Assembly: GCA_964474295.1 (NCBI GenBank)
Contig: CAYYRN010000004.1
Coordinates: 641 to 64,640, forward strand
Reading direction: 5' to 3'
Origin: an uncultured Eubacteriales bacterium
GTDB taxonomy: Bacteria > Bacillota > Clostridia > Oscillospirales > Acutalibacteraceae
DNA: 64,000 nt
The translations under genes and the position numbers were made by a program. A model generated the notes under the pieces. That model made no database searches, had not been told where the DNA came from, and was given only the letters and a program-made list of their open reading frames with translations. Below, piece after piece: positions 45,391 through 52,998 of this stretch (position 1 is the stretch's first letter; each line of letters begins with the position of its first letter).

Positions 45391-45394
45391 ATAC

Positions 45395-45423
45395 TTGAAG
45401 AAGAATATCTTTTATGGTATAAT
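45395..45423 (+). promoter_or_regulatory. promoter of the MTase-rsmI unit: TTGAAG-17-(TGg)TATAAT
   Basis: -35 at 45395-45400, -10 at 45418-45423. Confidence 0.55.
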
Positions 45424-45451
45424 TAAAGCATCACATTTACGGGTGGAGTTT

Positions 45452-46177
45452 ATGGAAGTTTCATCAACAAAAACCGAATATTTGGGCAACGGCATCACAG
45501 CCGTGGTGTCCGAGGAGCATACATTCGGCACGGATGCCGTTTTGCTCTGCAATTTTTCCGAGGCAAAACGTAAAGACGTTTGTTGCGATTTGGGTACGGG
45601 ATGCGGGATAATTCCGCTTTTGTGGCTGAGAGACGAAATGATAAATCCTGTTACCGCCGTTGAAATTCAAAAAAACGCCTGTCTGCTTGTTGAAAAGGCG
45701 ATTTCACTAAACGGACTTCAAGAACGTCTTGAAATTGTCAATTGCGATTTGCGTGAACATTGTGAGCATCTTCCGAGCGGCAAATTTTCTCTGGTCACGT
45801 TTAATCCCCCGTATTTTTCGGAAAGCTCCGGTATGGCAAGTCCGAATGAAAGCGTAAGAATTGCAAGGCATGAGATTATGTCGGATATTTTCGAGGGTGC
45901 GAAATGTGCCGCTTACATTTTAAAATACGGCGGAAGATTTTGCGTTTGCCACCGTCCCGAAAGACTTGCGGATGTTTTTGAAGCGATGAGAAAAAACGGC
46001 ATTGAACCTAAACGTATGGCATTTTGCCGAAGAAAAAGCGGTATGAAACCGTTTTTGGTTCTTGTTGAGGGCAAAAAAGGCGGGAAGTGCGGTTTAAAGG
46101 TAGAAGAAGAAATTATCTTGACTGATGAAAACGGAAATTACAAGGATGCTTTTTACGGCGTCTATGAGGAGAAGTGA
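45452..46177 (+). CDS. class I SAM-dependent N6-adenine methyltransferase, tRNA1(Val) m6A37 MTase (YabB/TrmN6)-like
   Basis: SAM motif CCDLGTGCGIIPL and catalytic FNPPYF. The ATG at 45452 lies after GGTGGAG. The track start at 45326 reads through a 13-bp terminator stem and a promoter, so it was rejected. Confidence 0.7.
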   Translation: MEVSSTKTEYLGNGITAVVSEEHTFGTDAVLLCNFSEAKRKDVCCDLGTGCGIIPLLWLRDEMINPVTAVEIQKNACLLVEKAISLNGLQERLEIVNCDLREHCEHLPSGKFSLVTFNPPYFSESSGMASPNESVRIARHEIMSDIFEGAKCAAYILKYGGRFCVCHRPERLADVFEAMRKNGIEPKRMAFCRRKSGMKPFLVLVEGKKGGKCGLKVEEEIILTDENGNYKDAFYGVYEEK

Positions 46178-47000
46178 AATGGGAAAGCTTTATGTTGTGG
46201 GAACTCCGATAGGAAATTTGGGGGATTTTTCACCGAGAGCCGTAAAAACGTTGGAAGATTGCGATTTTATTGCGGCAGAAGACACAAGGGTAACGCTTAA
46301 AATTTTAAATCATTTCGGAATAAAAAAGCCGATGGTGAGCTATTTTGAACATAACAGAACCGAACAGGGCGAAAAAATAATTGCAAGGCTTTTGTCGGGT
46401 GAGGTTTGTTCACTTGTTACGGATGCGGGTATGCCCGCAATTTCCGATCCCGGTGAGGATTTGGTCAGAGCGTGTCACGAAAACGGTATTGAGGTTGAAT
46501 CCGTTCCGGGGCCGTGTGCTTTTTCAACGGCTCTTGCCATATCGGGAATGTCAAGCGGACGTTTTACCTTTGAAGGTTTTTTGAGTGTGACTAAAAACAG
46601 CCGCCGTGAGCATCTTTTGTCACTCAAAGATGAAAAAAGGACAATGATTTTTTACGAAGCTCCGCATAAGCTTGCCGCAACTTTAAAGGATATGTATGAA
46701 AATTTCGGAGAAAGAAAAATCGCTATTGTAAGGGAGCTTACAAAGGTTCATGAGGAGGTTATCAGAACAACGTTTTCGCAGGCTGTCAAAGATTACGGCG
46801 ACGGCAGTCTAAAAGGCGAAATCGTTTTGATAATAGAGGGAAAAAAGGAAGAAAAAAAGCTTTTTACACTTGAAGAAGCGGTAAAAATCGCACTTGATAA
46901 AATTTCGGAAGGCTTTTCAAAAAACGAGAGTGCTAAATTTGCCGCAAAGGTAACGGGAATTAAAAAGAGTGATATATACAATGTTTTGACGGAGGAATAA
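46169..47000 (+). CDS. rsmI: 16S rRNA (cytidine1402-2'-O)-methyltransferase RsmI
   Basis: MGKLYVVGTPIGNLGDFSPRAVKTLEDCDFIAAEDTR...SDAGMPAISDPG...FYEAPHKL. Confidence 0.9.
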
Positions 47001-47003
47001 AAT

Positions 47004-47624
47004 ATGCAGGCTTTTGTTGATTATGTTAAAGAATATTGGGTTTTGTTCGTGATTCTCGCCGTAGCTTTAATTGCGTTGTTTTTTGTAACGTCAAAGGCAT
47101 CGGCGGCGGTTGCGAAATCTAAAAAAGAAAAAGAAATATTGATAAAAAAGCTTGACCGTATGAAAATGCTCAGAGAAAATTATTCCGAGCTTACCGAAGA
47201 AAAAATACTCTCCGACAGCGGTGAAAATCTTCTTGACGGCGTAAGAGAAAACATACAGTACCGAATTGAAAAAGATGAGGATATGAATGACTCGTTTGAA
47301 AAGCTCAGGGAGGAGGAAAAGCTCGTTTATGCTTTTTCCTACTTTCTTGAAGAAGCGGAAAAATCACCGTCGGAGTTTTTCAGAAATTTTACAAAGCCGC
47401 TTACACCCTATACCGTAAAAGCCTGTGACCTTTTGCTCGGCGGTGAAGCAGCACGGGCTGTCAAAAAAGAATATAACGGCTTTGACGAAGAAAACGAAAC
47501 GGCTTCGCTAATAGAAACGGAAATCGAAAAACTTGACGAAAAAATTAAATCCGAATTGGACATTGCCTCGGCAAAATCGGCGGGTGCGGATTTCATAAAG
47601 AAAAATGTCTCGCAATTTGTATGA
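47004..47624 (+). CDS. hypothetical N-terminally membrane-anchored protein
   Basis: TM WVLFVILAVALIALFFV, then a helical, charged cytoplasmic part. The segment LVYAFSYFLEEAEKSPSEFFRNF only vaguely recalls DUF4375/DMP19-type helical domains and is not relied on. Confidence 0.35.
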   Translation: MQAFVDYVKEYWVLFVILAVALIALFFVTSKASAAVAKSKKEKEILIKKLDRMKMLRENYSELTEEKILSDSGENLLDGVRENIQYRIEKDEDMNDSFEKLREEEKLVYAFSYFLEEAEKSPSEFFRNFTKPLTPYTVKACDLLLGGEAARAVKKEYNGFDEENETASLIETEIEKLDEKIKSELDIASAKSAGADFIKKNVSQFV

Positions 47625-47642
47625 TTTGTTCACAAATTTTTT
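47624..47642 (+). terminator. weak AT-rich hairpin plus T-run after the 206-aa gene
   Basis: ATTTG ttca CAAAT followed by TTTTTT. The stem is only 5 bp. Confidence 0.3.
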
Positions 47643-47674
47643 ATATCAAATTGAAGTGAATGTCGATTTTAATG

Positions 47675-47703
47675 TTGATTAAGGTTTATAAATGATGTAT
47701 AAT
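47675..47703 (+). promoter_or_regulatory. promoter of the Zn-ribbon/TPR membrane-protein operon: TTGATT-17-TATAAT
   Basis: -35 at 47675-47680, -10 at 47698-47703. Confidence 0.55.
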
Positions 47704-47752
47704 ATTAGGTAATATAATCAGTTGCTTTAGCGATAAGATTGGAGGAATATTT

Positions 47753-49357
47753 TTGGACGATAACAAAGAAAAAGACCTGCAAGGTGAAGAAGTGTCGGCA
47801 ACACCCGAAAACGGCTTGACCGAAGAAAATGTCGAAACACTTTCCGAACAGGAAAAGGAAACAGTCGGTGAAATTCTTGAAAATCTGAAGAATAACGACG
47901 AAACCGCCGCCGTGACCGATTGGGACGGACTTGCCGAAGTCGGCGGAAGTGACAATTCGATAATAGAAACGGAGAATGAGGAAAATTCCGTTTCTCGGCA
48001 GGAAGATGAGACGTCAGACGGCGAAGCGGAACTTGAGGAGGATCACCGCTGTCTTAATTGCGGCAAAAGAGAAAGATTCACCGAAATCAGTGAGGATTAC
48101 CCGTTTTGCAAAGTCTGCCGTGAAAGTATGAAAAAAACACATATGAATTTCTGGGGTGTTATTTCTTTCATCTTTATGGTTTTTATGGGTGTTATAGCAG
48201 TCGTTTGGGGCATATATGCCGTGGCAACCGCAATTCCCGTTGTCAAGGGTGACGTTTATATGTCGCAGGGCAAGTATTCGTCGGCAATAAGCTGCTATGA
48301 AGAAGCGATTTCTTCAATCGAAAGCCTTAATTCGGAAACGGGAAGCGAGGAAGAGCTTTTCGATGTCGGTGATAAGACTTATGCGAAAATAATTCGTGCT
48401 TACTGTAATCAGGGTACACCGACATACGCTCAAAATTACTATGCACAGCTTGCCGAAACGGGTGCTTTTGACAAAGCCAAGTATAAGGATGTAAGCACTT
48501 ATTACGATGTTTACGAAAAAATGATTGACACTTACGCCTCTTTGCAAGAGGATTATGCCGAGGAGCTTAATACTTTGTATGCGGCGGAGAAAAAAGCGGA
48601 TATAAGCGAAATTAAAGATGTTTTGGCTTCTCTTGAAAAGTTAAAGTCAGACGAAAACCTTGATAAATATATGGTGGCGTACTTCCAATATATTTACTGC
48701 TCGGTTGTCGATAATTCGCTTGATGAGGGAATAAAATATCTTCTCGAAATTAAGGAAGGCGGCAGAGCATACGAGTTTATTTATGCGGTTGAGCTTTGCA
48801 CGTCTTATCTTGAAAAAGGCGAATACGAAAAAGCAGAGGCGGAGTGTTACGAGTCTCTCAAAGCAGCTCCCGAAAATATCGGAGTTTATCAATATCTTAT
48901 GATGTCGAAGATAAGACAAGGCGATTACGATGCCGCACTCAAATTGGCGGATGAAGCGGAAAAACTTGCCGAAACAATTTATGCGGGTGAGTCGGAAAAC
49001 GCTATGTCGTATTCAATTCCTATGGAAGAAGCGATAGCTTACGCTCTCAAAGGCGAAGAAGAAAAAGCACTTTCCGCAATCGAAGAATCCTATGCACTCG
49101 GTAACGATAACTCAAACTTAAACATTCGCATACTTCTTCATTACCTTTACCACGTAAAGGGAAATAAAACAACGAAGGATGAAGACGGAAACACCGTTTA
49201 CGATGCAAAAGACCAGGCTTATGATGAGTCAATGAGCGTTATTTCGTATTACGGCTCATATTACGGCTTGAGTGTTTCGGATAATATTCAGGCAATTATG
49301 GACGGAAAGAAAACTCTTGAAGACGTGTTTGTAAAAGGGGAGGTTAATTGGCAATGA
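47753..49357 (+). CDS. hypothetical bitopic protein: acidic N-terminus, Zn-ribbon, one TM segment, TPR-like helical repeats
   Basis: TTG start 7 nt after GGAGG. CLNCGK...(16)...CKVC, then the TM FWGVISFIFMVFMGVIAVVWGIYAVATAI. Repeats of the type GKYSSAISCYEEAI, YLEKGEYEKAEAECYESLKAAP, RQGDYDAALKLADEAEKL, LKGEEEKALSAIEESYAL. Confidence 0.45.
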   Translation: MDDNKEKDLQGEEVSATPENGLTEENVETLSEQEKETVGEILENLKNNDETAAVTDWDGLAEVGGSDNSIIETENEENSVSRQEDETSDGEAELEEDHRCLNCGKRERFTEISEDYPFCKVCRESMKKTHMNFWGVISFIFMVFMGVIAVVWGIYAVATAIPVVKGDVYMSQGKYSSAISCYEEAISSIESLNSETGSEEELFDVGDKTYAKIIRAYCNQGTPTYAQNYYAQLAETGAFDKAKYKDVSTYYDVYEKMIDTYASLQEDYAEELNTLYAAEKKADISEIKDVLASLEKLKSDENLDKYMVAYFQYIYCSVVDNSLDEGIKYLLEIKEGGRAYEFIYAVELCTSYLEKGEYEKAEAECYESLKAAPENIGVYQYLMMSKIRQGDYDAALKLADEAEKLAETIYAGESENAMSYSIPMEEAIAYALKGEEEKALSAIEESYALGNDNSNLNIRILLHYLYHVKGNKTTKDEDGNTVYDAKDQAYDESMSVISYYGSYYGLSVSDNIQAIMDGKKTLEDVFVKGEVNWQ

Positions 49358-49872
49358 GATATATTAACGCAATAGTAAAAATTCTGACCTTTCCCGCAGG
49401 ATTTTTAAGAGGATTTTGGGAACAGATTTTCTGTAAAATTTTCGGTGTTCCCGTGGAAAACAGAAAGTATTTTCAATTCAACGAAATGGCAGGCCACGTT
49501 GAACATGAGCCGTTGCCTACCGGTGCAAAAAGCTTTTGGTTCTGTTTTGTTCCGGGAATGATGATTTTCCTTGCAGGGCTTGTTTTTGCGGTGCCGTCGG
49601 TTATTAATTTGTTTTACCTTGATACGGCAAACATTTCGCTCAAGGTTATAAGCTATGCTTGTCTTTATCTTGCTTTTTGTATGTTTACAAACCTTTTCCC
49701 GTCACTTGAAGATGCTTTGATGATGTGGGAAAAATATAAAAAAATGGGAAAGGGTGCAAAAATTGTTTTTGCTCCCGGTGCGGCACTTATGTATGTCGGA
49801 GCTTATGCGGAAGGTATGGGTATAACATTCCTTACGAATCTTGCTCTGACGGCAGTGGTACTGTTTGTTTAA
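49354..49872 (+). CDS. hypothetical small integral membrane protein (about 4 TM)
   Basis: The ATG overlaps the stop of the upstream gene (caATGA). Hydrophobic spans FWFCFVPGMMIFLAGLVFAVPSVI, VISYACLYLAFCMFTNLF, IVFAPGAALMYVGAY, ITFLTNLALTAVVLFV. Confidence 0.4.
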   Translation: MRYINAIVKILTFPAGFLRGFWEQIFCKIFGVPVENRKYFQFNEMAGHVEHEPLPTGAKSFWFCFVPGMMIFLAGLVFAVPSVINLFYLDTANISLKVISYACLYLAFCMFTNLFPSLEDALMMWEKYKKMGKGAKIVFAPGAALMYVGAYAEGMGITFLTNLALTAVVLFV

Positions 49873-49895
49873 AAGATAAAAAATGAGGTGGAAAA

Positions 49896-50753
49896 ATGAC
49901 AGGAGATTTTAAATCAGACGGCATTATGTTTTTGATAGCTCTCGGAGTTATCGTGTTTGTAATTGCCGAATCTGTGTTCTTTATCGTAAAGTCCTGGAAA
50001 AGAGCCAAAGAATTGGGAATTTCGGTTGAGACGCTTAAAAACACGGTTACATCAAGTGCCGTGTTCACTGTAGCTCCCGCAATTTCAATACTTGTAACGG
50101 TTTTTGCTCTTGCAAATTCGTTGGGTATTGTTCTTCCGTGGATAAGACTTTCGGTTATCGGTAACTTGGCATATGAAACAACGGCGGCACAAACTACTCT
50201 TGATTTTTGGGGAATATCTTTGAGTAAAGCTGTTGAAGACCCTCAGCAGTTTGCTACAATTGCCATTGCAATGACTGTCGGCAGCATTGCACCGCTTCTT
50301 TTGGTTCCTTTTGTATGCAAAAAGCTTCAAAAAAAGGTCGGCTCGGCTCTTCAGAAAACCTCTAAAGGCAGCAACCTCGGCGATATCATATCGGCTTCGG
50401 CTTTTATCGGTATTATTTCGGCTTTTGTTGCAAGGGAAATCAACGGTATGACTGTTGCAACTTCCGTTAAAGAAGTTGCGGGTGAGGTTGTTAAAGACGC
50501 ACAGGGTAACATAGAAAAAATCAAAACCATCACAGGCTCGGCAGGTGCGGTTTCAATACTTGTTCTTATCTGCTCGATGCTGTTTATGACAATTTTGAGC
50601 CTTGTCTGCAAAAAGTTTAAGCTTACAAAGCTGGAACCTTTTGCAATGCCGATTGCTATGTTTGCGGCTATGGCTATGGCGATTCTGTTTATGCATGTTT
50701 TGCCCGAATCAATCACGGGAATGACATGGTATGAAATCGGAGCGGAGGTGTAA
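49896..50753 (+). CDS. hypothetical polytopic membrane protein (about 7 TM; possibly DUF5058-like)
   Basis: GAGGTGG RBS. Spans GIMFLIALGVIVFVIAESVFFIV, AVFTVAPAISILVTVFALANSLGIV, FATIAIAMTVGSIAPLLLVPFV, AVSILVLICSMLFMTILSLV, MPIAMFAAMAMAILFM. No transporter signature that I can name. Confidence 0.4.
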   Translation: MTGDFKSDGIMFLIALGVIVFVIAESVFFIVKSWKRAKELGISVETLKNTVTSSAVFTVAPAISILVTVFALANSLGIVLPWIRLSVIGNLAYETTAAQTTLDFWGISLSKAVEDPQQFATIAIAMTVGSIAPLLLVPFVCKKLQKKVGSALQKTSKGSNLGDIISASAFIGIISAFVAREINGMTVATSVKEVAGEVVKDAQGNIEKIKTITGSAGAVSILVLICSMLFMTILSLVCKKFKLTKLEPFAMPIAMFAAMAMAILFMHVLPESITGMTWYEIGAEV

Positions 50754-50756
50754 CAA

Positions 50757-51446
50757 ATGGCTAAAGATAAGTTTATTAGTCCCGCCGAAAAGGATTATAT
50801 TGACAGAGTTCATAAATGGGGCATTTTGTGGACAGTCGGTGCTGTTTTGATGCTTTTGAGCATTCCCGTTTTGATTTGTGTTAAGCTCGATGTACTTCCG
50901 CAGTTTGATGCACTTAAAGTCGTTCTGCCTAAGCTTATGGGACTTTATTGGCTGACCGCAATTGTCGAGGTTTTTGCTTACGTTCCCATGCTCGGTGCAG
51001 GCGGCACATACCTTTCTTTTGTTACGGGCAACATCACAAACCTCAAGCTGCCCGTCGGTCTTAACGCAATGAACAGTGCAAAGGTAAAATCAAACACCGA
51101 GGAGGGCGAGGTTATTTCGACTATCGCTATCGGTGTTTCCGCAATCGTAACAACGGTTATTATAGCAGCCGGTGTTATTGTGTTCTCGATTTTCGTAAAG
51201 CCGGAGGTTCTTCAGTCACCTGCAATAAAGCCTGCATTTGACTTTGTTCTTCCCGCATTGTTCGGCGCACTTGCGGCAAGCTATTTTGAAAAGTACTGGA
51301 AGCTGATTATTGTTCCCGTAATTGCGGGTGTGCTTGTTCTTCAGTTTATCGACCCCTCTATGGGTGCCGGCACTCTTATGTTTATTACAATCGTGGTTTC
51401 TCTTATTTCCGGTTTTGCAATGTTTAAGCTTAAATGGGTTAAGTAA
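50757..51446 (+). CDS. hypothetical polytopic membrane protein (about 6 TM)
   Basis: GGAGGTG RBS, starting 3 nt after the previous stop. Spans ILWTVGAVLMLLSIPVLICV, LYWLTAIVEVFAYVPML, IAIGVSAIVTTVIIAAGVIVFSIF, FVLPALFGALAASYF, IIVPVIAGVLVLQF, LMFITIVVSLISGFAMF. Confidence 0.4.
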   Translation: MAKDKFISPAEKDYIDRVHKWGILWTVGAVLMLLSIPVLICVKLDVLPQFDALKVVLPKLMGLYWLTAIVEVFAYVPMLGAGGTYLSFVTGNITNLKLPVGLNAMNSAKVKSNTEEGEVISTIAIGVSAIVTTVIIAAGVIVFSIFVKPEVLQSPAIKPAFDFVLPALFGALAASYFEKYWKLIIVPVIAGVLVLQFIDPSMGAGTLMFITIVVSLISGFAMFKLKWVK

Positions 51447-51458
51447 GGATTTTTAACA

Positions 51459-52124
51459 ATGATTAAAATTTCACCTTCTATGCTTTCCTGCGATTTTTCA
51501 AAAATGGGCGAGGAAGCGAAAAAAATCGAAGCTTCGGGAGCCGATATGCTCCACCTTGACGTGATGGACGGACATTTTGTACCGAACATCACGTTCGGCG
51601 CACCGGTGATAAAAGCTTTAAGAAAAAATGCGGATATTCCTTTTGACGTTCACTTGATGATTTCGGAACCGCTGAAATATGTCGAAGATTTTGCCTCGGC
51701 AGGGGCTGACATCATCACATTTCATATCGAAAGCGACAGCGACACGGAAGAAACAATAAAAAAAATCAAGTCGCTTTCGTGCAAGGTCGGTATAAGCGTA
51801 AAGCCCGCAACACCGATAGAATATGTATTTGAGTTTCTCGATAAGGTTGATATGGTGCTTGTTATGACGGTGGAACCCGGCTTTGGCGGTCAAAGCTTTA
51901 TGGATGATATGATGAGCAAAATAACCGTGCTGAAAAATAAGCTTGCCGAAATTAAAAAGGATATTGACATTCAAGTTGACGGCGGCATTAATGAGCAAAC
52001 CGTTTGCGTTGCGGCAAAGGCAGGTGCAAATGTTTTTGTTGCCGGAAGTGCCGTTTTCGGCAGTGACGATTATAAAAACGCCGTTTCAACGCTTCGCGGA
52101 AATGCCGAAATCGGCTACCTTTAA
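51459..52124 (+). CDS. rpe: ribulose-phosphate 3-epimerase
   Basis: ISPSMLSCDF, HLDVMDGHFVPN, DVHLM, TVEPGFGGQSF, VDGGIN, VAGSAVF. Confidence 0.95.
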   Translation: MIKISPSMLSCDFSKMGEEAKKIEASGADMLHLDVMDGHFVPNITFGAPVIKALRKNADIPFDVHLMISEPLKYVEDFASAGADIITFHIESDSDTEETIKKIKSLSCKVGISVKPATPIEYVFEFLDKVDMVLVMTVEPGFGGQSFMDDMMSKITVLKNKLAEIKKDIDIQVDGGINEQTVCVAAKAGANVFVAGSAVFGSDDYKNAVSTLRGNAEIGYL

Positions 52125-52628
52125 ATTCCAATGCTCTCTCGTTACCTCTGCCGCAAGTTTTCCGTTACGGCAGAGATGCGAGTATTCGTTGAATTTAATT
52201 TTAATCGGGAACGGCTCATCGCACGGTGTAATCAGGCGGAATTTTCCGTTTCCGTCCGAATACAAATCACCAAGCGGTGTGTTCTCCCCGATTGATGAAA
52301 AAAAGTCGATTACGTTGTCTATATTTTCAAATTCGTAAACGTGAACCTTTTGGGGAATAATAGCTTTGACATCAGAGTTAATGTCATTTACCGTAAAGAA
52401 AATAACACAGCCGCCGTCATTGAGCGGAATTGTTTCGATTGTGAGCTGTCCCGATGGGTCGATATCTCTTCCGAGTTCCTTGCGAACTCTGTCGAGAACA
52501 GTCCATATTACACGTCTTGTTTCGATATTTGAATAATCCATATTTTCGTATGTAATATCCAAGTCGAACATATCGTCGGGGCTGAGTTCTACAATGATTT
52601 TAGCGTGGTTAGGCGAGTTTATTTTCAT
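52086..52628 (-). CDS. mecA: adaptor protein MecA (short clostridial form)
   Basis: N-terminus MKINSPNHAKIIVELSPDDMFDLDITYENMDY...VIWTVLD. C-terminal half VYEFENIDNVIDF...LYSDNGKFRLI...EYSHL...EH parallels the Bacillus MecA layout. GAGGTG RBS. The assignment is by pattern only. Confidence 0.55.
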   Translation of the reverse strand: MKINSPNHAKIIVELSPDDMFDLDITYENMDYSNIETRRVIWTVLDRVRKELGRDIDPSGQLTIETIPLNDGGCVIFFTVNDINSDVKAIIPQKVHVYEFENIDNVIDFFSSIGENTPLGDLYSDGNGKFRLITPCDEPFPIKIKFNEYSHLCRNGKLAAEVTREHWNLKVADFGISAKR

Positions 52629-52663
52629 TTCGGCACCTCATTCATTAGTTGCTTCTTAATATT

Positions 52664-52692
52664 ATAATATACTCAACTTGCTTGTTCTGCAA
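52664..52692 (-). promoter_or_regulatory. candidate mecA promoter: TTGCAG-17-TATTAT (minus strand)
   Basis: -35 at 52692-52687, -10 at 52669-52664. Confidence 0.4.
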
Positions 52693-52749
52693 TAATCAAA
52701 AGTTGGAAAATTTAATGCACAGTTTATTTTTATTCGGGAGGGATTACTT

Positions 52750-52992
52750 GTGGCGAAGAAAAAAGATTCAATGCCTGTTTTGAGCAAAAAACGAAAAAGC
52801 TTTTACGATTTTCGCAAGGATTATCCCGGAACCGCATATACTCAAATGAGAAAAAAAGATTCGGATGAAATTTACGATACAAAGGGAAAAATAAAGCTCG
52901 CACTTACAATTTTGGGGCTGATAATTTTGTTCCTGACGGCATATTTTGTAACATCAATGCTTCTCGGAATTTCACATCAAGCGATAGGGTGA
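52750..52992 (+). CDS. hypothetical small membrane protein (basic N-terminus, one C-terminal TM)
   Basis: GTG start 8 nt after GGGAGGGA. TM LALTILGLIILFLTAYFVTSMLLGI. Stops 6 nt before the GH13 gene. Confidence 0.35.
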   Translation: MAKKKDSMPVLSKKRKSFYDFRKDYPGTAYTQMRKKDSDEIYDTKGKIKLALTILGLIILFLTAYFVTSMLLGISHQAIG

Positions 52993-52998
52993 ATAATT

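Noticed and set aside
45326-45451. N-terminal extensions offered by the ORF track. Examples: 45326 for the methyltransferase, 46125 for rsmI, 42834 for hup, 43151 for yabO, 43479 for yabP, 24074 for the MFS gene, 32477 for recJ, 4183 for the oxidoreductase and 5465 for murA.
   Set aside because: The extensions run through terminator stems or promoters, or they lack an RBS. In each case an internal start with a good Shine-Dalgarno sequence gives the N-terminus typical of the family.
47753-49357. Zinc-binding anti-sigma (ZAS) factor interpretation of the Zn-ribbon/TM/TPR protein.
   Set aside because: The motif present is H-x-C-x2-C plus a distal CxxC, not the ZAS H-x3-C-x2-C. No sigma factor gene is adjacent, since the only sigma gene is 31 kb away. 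It is kept only as a loose analogy.
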